NCBI GenBank assembly: GCA_045863395.1
Contig: BTVJ01000081.1
Span: forward strand, 1-33,638
Origin: Myxococcales bacterium
GTDB taxonomy: Bacteria; Myxococcota_A; UBA9042; JABWCM01; BTVJ01
DNA length: 33,638 nt
Direction: 5' to 3'
Part shown: piece after piece, positions 19,158-28,169 of the stretch
Layout: each line of letters starts with the position of its first letter
How positions within the stretch are numbered: position 1 is the stretch's first letter
The notes under the pieces: generated by a model
Databases searched by the model: none
What the model was told of the DNA's origin: nothing
Seen by the model: only the letters and a program-made list of their open reading frames with translations
Program-made: the position numbers and the translations under genes

Positions 19158-22100
19158 GTGAGCACGGCGATCGCAACGGAATCCGAACGGATGGGTGCCT
19201 CGACGGCTGCCACGCAGGCGTCCGGCGGCAGTGTTGGAACGATCCTCTCCGGGCGCGACGCCATCAACGCGGCCGAGCGTGTGCTGTGCGGGGCCGGCGC
19301 TGTCGCCGATCCGGCGCGCGCCGAGGGGCTCGGCCTCGCAGGGCTCTCTGCGGCGAGCCTCCTCGGAGGCCGCGAGGCGGCGGTAGCGGCGGCCCCCTAT
19401 GTCGCCCACCGGCGCCGTCTGTCGCCCCCAGTTCCCGCCTTCGGAGCGTTCGAGCTGGTCGCGGAGAGCGTCCAGCAGGGCGTCGACCACTGCGTCGTGG
19501 CGCACAGGCTCGTCTCCGCATTGGGTGGTGCTGGGGCCTGCGTGCTGCCGGGGGCGCTTGCCTCCGACGTGGCGTTCGTGCGGCTCCCTGGCGCTGACGC
19601 CGCCCGCGCCGAGGGTGCGGCGGACGGAACCGAGGACGTCGTGGGCGCGTTCGAGGCGGCCGCTCGGGCTCTCGGGCGTCCGTGCAGGCCGTTCAGCGCC
19701 CTCCACGTAGACGGGGCCGATCACGTGATCGTGGCGGCTGGACCCGCGGCGTCGGTGGCGCGGCGGCTCGTCGATCTGCTTCGGGGGCGCGGCGTGTCGT
19801 GCGGCGCGCTCTCCGTGGCGCTGGTCAGGCCCATGGTCCCGCCGCTGCAGGAGCTGCTGCGGGCGCGCTCGTCGGTCATCGTCATCAGTGACGAGGCTGA
19901 CGAGGCGGGCTCGCTCCTCGCTCACGTCCGGCGGGCGCTCGCCCACGGGGGGCCCACCGTGGTCGGCGTTCCCTTCGTCGCAGGCGGGGAGTCCGAGCTG
20001 GTCGCCAGGGTCGCCGCTGCCCTTGGCGCCGAGATCAACGGCGACGCCAACGGCCTGCGCCTGGGTCCACCGCCGATGCCCGCGCGCTCCTTGTTGGCAG
20101 GCGCCGCTCCGGCCAGCCAGTGGAGCGACGAGCTCCTGCGAGGCGCCCTGTCGTGGGTTGGTGAGCGGATCAGCGTTGCACAGCCGGCACAGGGCGGTTT
20201 CGGGGCGTCGGTGCTCTCGGTGGCGAGGGCGGGGCTCCGTCCCGGTGCCGTGGAGGCCACCGCCGGGCTCGACATGCTGTTCGTAGCGCACCCCCGCCTC
20301 GTGAGCCCTGCGCTCGTCGCGCGGCTGCGGAGGGGGGGCGCGCTCCTCGTTCAGAGCGGCGCCGCCGACAGCGACGCCCTCTGGGCGGAGCTGAGCCCAG
20401 CACGCGCCAGGGCGATCACCGAGCAAGGCGCCAGCCTGCAGTGGGTGGATGCGGCGCAGTGTGCGCCCGCTGGCGATCCGGTCTGCGACCCGCGCGTGTT
20501 TCTGCAGGGTGCCATCCTCGGCGCCTTCGACGCGCTGGAGTCCGTGCTGCCGCCGTCTCAGGGCGGTCGGGTCCCGCAGGGGGCGGGGGCGGAGCTGCTG
20601 GGCCTGGGCGCGAGCGCAATCCGCAGGGCCTCGGACCCTCCGGCGAGCCTGTCGCCTCGCCCACAGGTGGGGACACCGCGCGTGCAGGCCGGGCCGGACA
20701 CGGTGGATCTGTCCTGGCGTGACGCCATCCGCCACTTCCATGTGACCGGGGAGGGAGGGTGGACCGGGGCCGACCCGCTCCCTGCGCTGCCGCTCATGCC
20801 GCTCCGGCTGACCGGACTGCTCTCGGGCGCCCCGCGGGATCTCCCGCTGGTGCTGACCGGGCAGGCGACGGGCCCCATCGCCCTGCCCCTGGCGCGAGTG
20901 ATCGCCAACGCCGTGGAGTCCTACGAGGCGTCGGGCAGCCCCTCTCTGGCCGTCGGGCCCCGTGTGGACCGGCTGCTCCGGGTCGCTGCCCGAGCGCTGG
21001 GGAGCGGCGCTCCACAGGCGCTCTCCAGTGTGATGGGCGCTGCGCTCGACGCCTTCGTCGCCGAGTTCCAGGTCAGCGACAAGGCCGCGCAGGCGCTCGG
21101 GGCCGAGGTGGCTCATCTCAAGCGGAGCCTGCCCGAGGGAGCGGCTGCGGTGGGACTCGGGCGGCACGCCGTCTTGGCCCTCCACGCGGCGGCGACCAAC
21201 AGGGCCCGGGCCGGGGCCGTGGCCACCGTCACGGCGGAGGTGCGGGAGCTCTGCCGCAAGCTCCAGGACCTGCTCCGGGTCGACGACGCCAAGTCGCCCG
21301 CGGCCCGCAGCGCCAGCGCCCTCTCGGCGGGCGTCGGGGCCGGCGCGCAGGATCTCATCGATTCCACTGCCCTTGCGGCGTCTCTGAAGACCCGCCGTGG
21401 GGCGACCAGCCTGTCACCCTCCCGGCGGGCACACATCGAGGCGACCATCGGCGTGCTCGCCGGTTGGCTGGGTGGGCGGCGAGCCAACGCCGTCGTGCTC
21501 CACAGCGGCCTCCTGGATGGCGTGGAGCTGGCAGACACGGACGTCGTCGCGCACCCCGACCCGCTGGAGGCTGCCGTCGGGGTCTTCGACGGGCTCAGCG
21601 GCAAGGTGGCCGCGCTGCTTCGCGCCGTGCGCCGCGCGCGCCTCGAGGCCGCTGGCGCGTATGATCCAGCCCTTCACGACGCGCCCATCGCGCGCCTGGG
21701 CTGGGAGAGCTTCACCGCCGACGAGCTCCGCCTCGTGCCCCCGGTCATCGTCGTGCAGGACGCCTCCGCCGTCCGCCAGGCGCTCGCGTCGTTCGCCGGC
21801 CTGCTGCGCTCGGGGCGCACCGTGCAGGTCATCGCGCTCGAGGGCGCCATGGGCGGCGAGCCGTCGCCGGACCGCTTCGGTCTGGGCTATCTGGCCGTGG
21901 CACATCGCGACGTGTTCGTGCTTCAAGGGACGCTGGGCCGGCCGCTCCACCTGGCGGAGGGGCTCTGCCGCATGGCGCGGGCGACGCGACCCGCCGTCGC
22001 GCTCGTCGCCGAGCCCGCGTGGGGCAGCGCCGCGCCCGAGTCCGTGCAGCTCGAGGCAGCGCTGCAGGGCCGCGGGACCCCCTGCTTCATCCATGATCCC

Positions 22101-23033
22101 GCCGCCGGACCGACCTGGGCCGAGCGCTTCGACCTCTCGGAGAACCCCGCGCCGGAGGCCCCGTGGGTCACGGCCGGCGCCGACGTCATCGGGCCCGACG
22201 GGGCTCCCACGCGGGTCGAGGGGCCGTTCACCTTCGCCCACGCCGCCGCCCTGGACCCGGACGCCCGGCTGCACCTGCGCCTGATCCCCTCCGCTGCGTG
22301 GAGCGACGAGCAGGTGGAGGTGGCCGAGTGGCTCGCTGGCGATGGCGGCACGCCGCGTGTGCCGTATGTGGAGGTGGTCGACGAGGCTGGCCAGGTGCGC
22401 CGCGCGGTCATCTCACGGGAGCTGGCCTGGGCGGCGCGGGACAGGGCCCAGTTCTGGAGGGTCCTGCAGGAGCTCGCCGGAACCAACAATGAGTATGCCG
22501 AGCGTGCGGCCGCGGCGGCGCGGGCGCGCGCCATCGAGGAGGCCGACGAGCGGCTCGCGGCGGCCGCGGCGCAGCACGCGGCCCAGCTCGACCAGGCGCG
22601 GGCCGAGACCGCCCGCGAGGCCCTCGAGAAGGTGGCGCGGGTGCTCCTGGACCTGGACCTGGCGGCACCGGCGCCCGCGCGTGCCGTCGTGACGGCGCCC
22701 CCGGCGCTCACGGCGCCGCCCTCCGCGGTGGCCGAGGCGGTCGCGCCGGCCCCAGTGGTGGACGCGGCCGCCGAGGAGGACGCATCGTTCGACGAGGCGT
22801 ACCTGGACACCCCGCTGTGCACGACCTGCAACGAGTGCATCAACCTGAACCCGCGCATGTTCAAGTACAACGCCGACAAGCAGGCGCTGCTGGCGGACGT
22901 GACGGCGGGAACCTTCGCCCAGCTCGTGGCGGCGGCCGAGAAGTGCTCTGCCCGCTGCATCCACCCCGGCAAGCCCCGGAAGGGTGACGCGTCGGCCACG
23001 CCGGACGTGCTCGCGCGCGCCGCGGCGCTGTAG
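19158..23033 (+). CDS. Degenerate PFOR/NifJ-like protein with C-terminal single-cluster ferredoxin domain
   Basis: GGGAGG RBS and GTG start. PFOR-like remnants AESVQQGVDHCVVAHRL, GADHVIVAAG..LVDLLR..G.LSVALVRP, LAVAHRDVFVLQ, GPFTFAH, WRVLQELAG. C-terminal CTTCNEC...AAEKC. No YPITP and no GDG. Confidence 0.8.
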   Translation: MSTAIATESERMGASTAATQASGGSVGTILSGRDAINAAERVLCGAGAVADPARAEGLGLAGLSAASLLGGREAAVAAAPYVAHRRRLSPPVPAFGAFELVAESVQQGVDHCVVAHRLVSALGGAGACVLPGALASDVAFVRLPGADAARAEGAADGTEDVVGAFEAAARALGRPCRPFSALHVDGADHVIVAAGPAASVARRLVDLLRGRGVSCGALSVALVRPMVPPLQELLRARSSVIVISDEADEAGSLLAHVRRALAHGGPTVVGVPFVAGGESELVARVAAALGAEINGDANGLRLGPPPMPARSLLAGAAPASQWSDELLRGALSWVGERISVAQPAQGGFGASVLSVARAGLRPGAVEATAGLDMLFVAHPRLVSPALVARLRRGGALLVQSGAADSDALWAELSPARARAITEQGASLQWVDAAQCAPAGDPVCDPRVFLQGAILGAFDALESVLPPSQGGRVPQGAGAELLGLGASAIRRASDPPASLSPRPQVGTPRVQAGPDTVDLSWRDAIRHFHVTGEGGWTGADPLPALPLMPLRLTGLLSGAPRDLPLVLTGQATGPIALPLARVIANAVESYEASGSPSLAVGPRVDRLLRVAARALGSGAPQALSSVMGAALDAFVAEFQVSDKAAQALGAEVAHLKRSLPEGAAAVGLGRHAVLALHAAATNRARAGAVATVTAEVRELCRKLQDLLRVDDAKSPAARSASALSAGVGAGAQDLIDSTALAASLKTRRGATSLSPSRRAHIEATIGVLAGWLGGRRANAVVLHSGLLDGVELADTDVVAHPDPLEAAVGVFDGLSGKVAALLRAVRRARLEAAGAYDPALHDAPIARLGWESFTADELRLVPPVIVVQDASAVRQALASFAGLLRSGRTVQVIALEGAMGGEPSPDRFGLGYLAVAHRDVFVLQGTLGRPLHLAEGLCRMARATRPAVALVAEPAWGSAAPESVQLEAALQGRGTPCFIHDPAAGPTWAERFDLSENPAPEAPWVTAGADVIGPDGAPTRVEGPFTFAHAAALDPDARLHLRLIPSAAWSDEQVEVAEWLAGDGGTPRVPYVEVVDEAGQVRRAVISRELAWAARDRAQFWRVLQELAGTNNEYAERAAAAARARAIEEADERLAAAAAQHAAQLDQARAETAREALEKVARVLLDLDLAAPAPARAVVTAPPALTAPPSAVAEAVAPAPVVDAAAEEDASFDEAYLDTPLCTTCNECINLNPRMFKYNADKQALLADVTAGTFAQLVAAAEKCSARCIHPGKPRKGDASATPDVLARAAAL

Positions 23034-23042
23034 GGGGGGAGG

Positions 23043-23900
23043 ATGGACGCCCTGGCCACAGGGGGAGCGATCCTGCTCGGGGTGACGCTGGTCTTTGGCA
23101 CCGTGCTGGCCATCGCCAACAAGTACCTGCGGGTCATCGAGGATCCGCGCATCGACGTGGTCGAGGGCAAGCTGCCGGGCAGCAACTGCGGAGCCTGCGG
23201 GCAGCCCGGGTGCCGCGCCTTCGCCGAGGCGGTGGTCGGCGGCGCTCTCAACCCGGGCAAGTGCTCGGTGAGCTCCCCCGAAGGAATCGCCGACATCGCC
23301 GCCTACCTCGGCGTCGAGGCGGCGATGGAAGAGAAGCGTGTCGCGCGCCTCCACTGCGCGGGCGGCTCGTCGTGCGTCCCCAAGGTCGCGGACTATCAGG
23401 GCATGTCGTCCTGTCGTGCGGCCTTCGTCGTCAACGGAGGGGGGCGTGCGTGCGCCTGGGGGTGCCTCGGCCTCGCCGACTGCGAGGTTGCCTGCACCTT
23501 CGACGCCATCCGCATGAACGGCGACCACCTGCCGGTCGTGGACGTCGACAAGTGCACCGCCTGCAACGCCTGCGTCGAGGTGTGCCCCCTGCACCTGTTC
23601 ACGCTGGAGCCCATCTCACGCAGGCTCATCGTCCAGTGCAGCTCGCCGCTCGCGGCGGACGCCGCGCGCGCCACCTGCACCGTGGCCTGCGACGCGTGCG
23701 GGCGCTGCGCCCTCGACGCGAAGCCCGGGGTCATCGAGATGAAGCGTGGGCTGCCCGTCATCGTGAACCCGGCCGGCGCGACCGAGGAGGCGACCTTCCG
23801 GTGCCCGAGCGGCGCCATCCAGTGGGTGACCGGCAACCAGTTCCAGGCCGAGGACGCCCGGCCCGTCAGCCGACCAGTCAGGAGGATCCGCCATGCGTAG
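23043..23900 (+). CDS. rnfB: Rnf complex subunit B (membrane-anchored polyferredoxin)
   Basis: N-terminal TM helix, EDPRID..LPGSNCGACGQPGC, CAWGCLGLADCEVAC.FDAI, CTACNACVEVCP, CDACGRC...CP. Confidence 0.93.
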   Translation: MDALATGGAILLGVTLVFGTVLAIANKYLRVIEDPRIDVVEGKLPGSNCGACGQPGCRAFAEAVVGGALNPGKCSVSSPEGIADIAAYLGVEAAMEEKRVARLHCAGGSSCVPKVADYQGMSSCRAAFVVNGGGRACAWGCLGLADCEVACTFDAIRMNGDHLPVVDVDKCTACNACVEVCPLHLFTLEPISRRLIVQCSSPLAADAARATCTVACDACGRCALDAKPGVIEMKRGLPVIVNPAGATEEATFRCPSGAIQWVTGNQFQAEDARPVSRPVRRIRHA

Positions 23901-26900
23901 CTGGTTGGGGGCCGTCCGCAAGCTGCGGGCGCTGTTCGGGCGCGCCGAGGAGGCAGCGCCGGTCCCGTTCCCCGGGAGCGATGCCCTGGTCAGCGGGGAG
24001 CAGGCGGCGTTGGTGACGGAGGCCCTCCTTGCCGACGGCATCTGGCGCGCGACGGTGGGGGCGGGGGCGTCCTCTCGCTTCGACACCGAGGAGCTCGACC
24101 TTCCGCCCAACGCCTTTGGCGACACCGTGTCACACCACGTGGTCGGTGGGGGCGCAGACGCGGTGGCTGGAGCCGCCGGCCTTGCGATGACCGGGCAGCG
24201 CGCTGCGGTGTTCCTGACCGGCGAGCGCCTCCTGGAGGCCCACGGAGCGCTCCGCGCGGCCGTGGAGAGGCACCTGCCGCTCGTGCTCCACGTCTCCTGT
24301 GATCCTGGCCACGGGGGCGCCTCCGGTCCGGGCAACGGGCATGAGGCCGTCCACGCCATCGCGGATACGGGGGCCGTCGTGCTCTTCGCCAGTGACGCGC
24401 AGGGGGTGGTCGACGCGACGCTCATGGCGCGGCGCGTGGCCGAGCTGGCGCTGGTGCCGGTGGTCATCGCGATGGACGGGCCCGAGACGGCGTGGGGCGT
24501 CCAGGACGTGAAGCTTGCGGGCGCCGCGTTGATCGCCGAGTACCTTGGTGCGTCCGGCGATGCCATCGACGCGCCTACCCCGGCGCAGCGGCTCCTGTTC
24601 GGGGAGTCGCGGCGGCGGGCGCCGCGCTGGTTCGACCCGGACCGCCCCGTCGCCCTCGGGGCCTCCCTCGCTGGGGACGACCTGGCGATGGCGCTGGTCG
24701 GTGAGACCATCTTCTTCGGGGCCCACGCGCGGCCCATCGTCCACGAGTCGAGCGAGCGGCTCGTGGCTTTGACGGGGCGGTCACTCTCCCCTCTGGTGGC
24801 CCACCGAACCGACGACGCCGAGTCGGTGGTCGTCCTCCTGGGCGCATCCGTGGAGTCCGCGACCACCCTGGCCGACTCCCTGCGAGCCAGCGGAGCCCGG
24901 GTCGGGGTGCTCGGCGTGAGCCTCGTGACGCCCTTCCCCTCCAGAGAGGTCGCGGCGGCGCTCCGCGGCGCCCGGGTGGTGACCGTCGTCGAGCGCGTGG
25001 ATGGCGCCCTCGCAGCGGGCGGGCCGCTGTGGCACCAGGTCCGCGCTGCGCTGGCCGGATCCGAGACGCAGGTGGTCGCCGCGACCGCGGGCCTCGGCGG
25101 ACGGCCGGTCTCCGGCGCTCAGCTCGCGGCCGTCTTTCGCCAGATGGGCGAAGGGGGAGACCCGCGCTCGCTGCTGCACCTGGATCTGGCGCCCCTCGAG
25201 GAGCGCTCCCGCTTCCCGAAGCGCGAGATGGTCCAGCAGGCCGTGCGCCGCGCCTACCCGGATCTGGAGCGCTGGGCCGCCAAGGGGTCGAGCCCGACGC
25301 TGCGGCCGGCATCTGCCCGCGTCGTGGCCCTCTACGGCGGTGTGGCGGACATCCGGGAGGAGGCCATCGAGGCACTCGCGGTCGCTCTGAGTGATGCCGG
25401 TCCTCGCGTCCGGAGCTACGCCACCACGCTCGCCCAGGGCGTCTGGGCAGGGCGCGTCGGAGCGGCAAGAGAGCCAATAGGGGCGCTGGAGGGGCCCGTC
25501 GAGGCGGCCCTGGTGCGGAGCCTGGATCTGCCGGCTGCGCTGGACCCGCTCGTCGACCTGAGGTCCGGGGGGACGCTGATCATCGCCACCGACCTGCGCG
25601 GCGAGGCGCTCTGGCGCGCCCTGCGACCCGCCTGGCGAGAGGGCGTGCGGACCCGGTCGGCGCGCCTGCTCGCTGTCAGCGGTGGCTTCGAGGAGCTGGT
25701 GGCCGCGCTGCATGGTGGAGAAGAGGTCGCGTGGGCGGGCCTCGACTCCCCAGCGGCGCCTGCGGTCCCCGCTTCGTTGCCCATGGCGGTGCGGCGCTTC
25801 GGCGACCACGGCGCTGCCTTCGACAGCGTGCCTCGATTCCATGGCGAGGTGGTCGAGCCGCGCCTCGGGGGTGAGGCCCCGGGCACTGCGCCCGATCCCT
25901 TCCCGTCTCTGCGCCTCACCCCGGCGGGGACGGCGTCGCTGCGGGACCGCTCTGCGGTGCGCACTCATGTGCCCGTCGTCGACCTCGCCGGCTGTACGGG
26001 CTGCGGCGTCTGCTGGGCGGCCTGCCCGGACGGCGCGCTGGCGGCGACGGCGCTCCCCCTCGTCGAGCTGCTGGACGCGGCGGCGGGGCGGGTGCGTCGC
26101 GACGCGCCGGATCCCGCGGCGGACAAGCTCCGCCGCGCCCACAAGCAGCTCGCGGCGCGGCTTGAGGGCGACCTCGCAAAGGGGGCAGCCCTGGACCGCG
26201 CGACCCTGGACGCGGCGTGGGAGTGGCTCGCGGGCCGCATGGGCGTCGAGGGCGACGAGCGCGCTGCCATGGGAGTCGCCCACGCGGCGACGTCCGACGA
26301 GCTCCTCCGCGCTCCGCTGGCCGCCACTCGCGCCCTGTTCCATGAGCCCCACGCTGCGGAGAAGGGCACGGGCGCGATCCTCAGCCTCGTGGTCGACCCC
26401 CACGCCTGCCAGGGATGTGGCGTGTGCGTCAAGGAGTGCCCGGCGGGCGTCATCGCCAAGGTCCCACAGGACGGTCCCGCGGTGGATCGCCTGCGCCTGG
26501 GCTTCGCTGCCTGGGAGGCCCTGCCGGAGACGCCCGGTCCCGTGATCGCCAGGGCCCGGGAGCGGGTCCAGCCGGGGCCGCTCCCGGCCATCCTCATGTC
26601 CCGCGCCTGCCACTTCGCCCTCGCCGGTGGCGACGCGGCGGAGCCCGGGTCCGGGGAGCGGCTCGCGACCCGGCTGGTGGCGGCGACCACGGAGTATTCG
26701 CAGCAGCGCCGCTCCCTGGCCGCCCTGCGCGAGGCGGACGAGCTCCTGGAGGCGCTGCGGGCCAGGCTGCGGACTTCTCTCGCGGGCGGAGTCGCCACCG
26801 ACCGGCTGGACGTCCTCGACGCCGCGCTCCACGGCACGACGGGGAAGGGCGCCGGTGAGCTGGTCGTGCGTCTGGAGGCGTTGGGCGAGCGATCCACCAT

Positions 26901-28164
26901 CGACCGGAAGACCCTCGCGCGGCTCGTGCAGGCTGCGCGGGGGGTTGAGGCGCTGCGCGACTCCCTGGTCGACGGTCCCACGGGCTACGGGCGGGCGCGC
27001 TTCGGGTTGGTCGCCACGGATGGCACGGTGCGGGAGTGGGCCGCGGGCTGGCCCTACAACCCGTTCTCGGTTCCGCTGACCATGGATCTCGGTGGCAACG
27101 CCGTCGAGGTGGCGCGCGGTGTGGTTGAGGGGCTGCTGGCGCGCCGGGTGGACGAGGTCCGTGCGCTGCGCCTCGCGCGCCTCGCTCTGGATGCCCCCTC
27201 GGACGTCGTGGCGCGGGAGCGGGCGCTCACCGGGCTGCGCTGGTCCGACCTGAGCGACGACGAGCTGCTCCTCGCGCCGCCGCTGCTCCTGCTGGTGGGC
27301 GCCGAGGGCCTCTCCGAGCGCGCCCTGACCGGCCTCGGGCGCCTGCTGGTCTCGGATCTCCCCATCAAGGTCGTGCTGCTCGACGGGCGGGATCTGCTGG
27401 CACCGAGCCCCGACGCGACCCTGGTGGCGCTCGCCCACCGGTCGGCCTTCGTGGTTGCGGGCTCCGTCGCGCACCCGGACCACCTGTTCCGGGGCGTCGA
27501 GGGGGCCCTGGCCCACCCCGGGCCCGCGCTGCTGCACCTGCACGCGCCGTCCCCGCTGCGCCATGGCTACGCCCCCGAGCTGCTGCTCGTCCGGGCGCGG
27601 GAGGCCGTCGCCGCGCGGGTCCACCCGCTGGCCGTCTACGATCCGAAGGATGACGGGGTCTTCGGGCGGCGCTTGTCCGTCGATGGGAATCCCGACCGTA
27701 ACGCCACCTGGTCCCAGGATGGCGACGGGCGTGCCTTCACCGCTGCCCACTGGGCTCTGGGCGAGGCGCGTTTCGCTCCCCACATGGGTGTGGACGCGAG
27801 CGCCCCGGCCCTGGACCGCTGGGCAGCCCTCGGTTGGTCGGAGCGGCGCCGCTCCTCCGCCACCTTCGAGGCCGGCGGCACCCGGAGCCTGGCGCCACCT
27901 CTGGCCCGGGCGGTGGCCGAGCGGGCCGACCGCTGGCGGACCCTGCAGGAGCTTGCGGGCGTCGCGTCTCCCTTCGTCGACACGGTGAGAGCCCAGGTGG
28001 ATGGCGAGGTCCGGGCGACCTGGACCGCCGAGGTCGCCGCGGCCCGAGCCGAGGCCGAGCAGCGCATCGCCGCGGCGGCCAGGCAGCAGGAGGACGACCA
28101 GGTGGCGCGGCTCCGCGACCGGCTGATGGCGCTGGCCGGCTACGGCCCGGGCGCGCGGGGGTAG
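23893..28164 (+). CDS. Degenerate PFOR/NifJ-like protein retaining two [4Fe-4S] ferredoxin motifs
   Basis: PFOR domain order is recognisable (AGLAMTGQRA, GHE....DTG, DAESVVVLLG, PFP). CTGCGVCWAACP at 25993-26028 and CQGCGVCVKECP at 26407-26442. WPYNPF.VP and WRTLQELAG present; catalytic motifs substituted. AGGAGG RBS, 8-bp overlap with rnfB. Confidence 0.85.
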   Translation: MRSWLGAVRKLRALFGRAEEAAPVPFPGSDALVSGEQAALVTEALLADGIWRATVGAGASSRFDTEELDLPPNAFGDTVSHHVVGGGADAVAGAAGLAMTGQRAAVFLTGERLLEAHGALRAAVERHLPLVLHVSCDPGHGGASGPGNGHEAVHAIADTGAVVLFASDAQGVVDATLMARRVAELALVPVVIAMDGPETAWGVQDVKLAGAALIAEYLGASGDAIDAPTPAQRLLFGESRRRAPRWFDPDRPVALGASLAGDDLAMALVGETIFFGAHARPIVHESSERLVALTGRSLSPLVAHRTDDAESVVVLLGASVESATTLADSLRASGARVGVLGVSLVTPFPSREVAAALRGARVVTVVERVDGALAAGGPLWHQVRAALAGSETQVVAATAGLGGRPVSGAQLAAVFRQMGEGGDPRSLLHLDLAPLEERSRFPKREMVQQAVRRAYPDLERWAAKGSSPTLRPASARVVALYGGVADIREEAIEALAVALSDAGPRVRSYATTLAQGVWAGRVGAAREPIGALEGPVEAALVRSLDLPAALDPLVDLRSGGTLIIATDLRGEALWRALRPAWREGVRTRSARLLAVSGGFEELVAALHGGEEVAWAGLDSPAAPAVPASLPMAVRRFGDHGAAFDSVPRFHGEVVEPRLGGEAPGTAPDPFPSLRLTPAGTASLRDRSAVRTHVPVVDLAGCTGCGVCWAACPDGALAATALPLVELLDAAAGRVRRDAPDPAADKLRRAHKQLAARLEGDLAKGAALDRATLDAAWEWLAGRMGVEGDERAAMGVAHAATSDELLRAPLAATRALFHEPHAAEKGTGAILSLVVDPHACQGCGVCVKECPAGVIAKVPQDGPAVDRLRLGFAAWEALPETPGPVIARARERVQPGPLPAILMSRACHFALAGGDAAEPGSGERLATRLVAATTEYSQQRRSLAALREADELLEALRARLRTSLAGGVATDRLDVLDAALHGTTGKGAGELVVRLEALGERSTIDRKTLARLVQAARGVEALRDSLVDGPTGYGRARFGLVATDGTVREWAAGWPYNPFSVPLTMDLGGNAVEVARGVVEGLLARRVDEVRALRLARLALDAPSDVVARERALTGLRWSDLSDDELLLAPPLLLLVGAEGLSERALTGLGRLLVSDLPIKVVLLDGRDLLAPSPDATLVALAHRSAFVVAGSVAHPDHLFRGVEGALAHPGPALLHLHAPSPLRHGYAPELLLVRAREAVAARVHPLAVYDPKDDGVFGRRLSVDGNPDRNATWSQDGDGRAFTAAHWALGEARFAPHMGVDASAPALDRWAALGWSERRRSSATFEAGGTRSLAPPLARAVAERADRWRTLQELAGVASPFVDTVRAQVDGEVRATWTAEVAAARAEAEQRIAAAARQQEDDQVARLRDRLMALAGYGPGARG

Positions 28165-28169
28165 GGCAG

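Noticed and set aside
24781..27783. 1000-aa minus-strand ORF, and other long antisense ORFs such as 18855..21185, 16110..17894, 5819..7369 and 8655..10289
   Set aside because: Typical stop-poor shadow frames of high-GC genes, with no motifs and biased composition.
19158..28164. Calling the two large PFOR-like genes pseudogenes, or active pyruvate:ferredoxin oxidoreductases
   Set aside because: Frames are intact with RBSs and perfect Fe-S motifs, so not pseudogenes, although open frames are weak evidence at this GC. TPP and catalytic motifs are missing, so an active PFOR call is unsupported.
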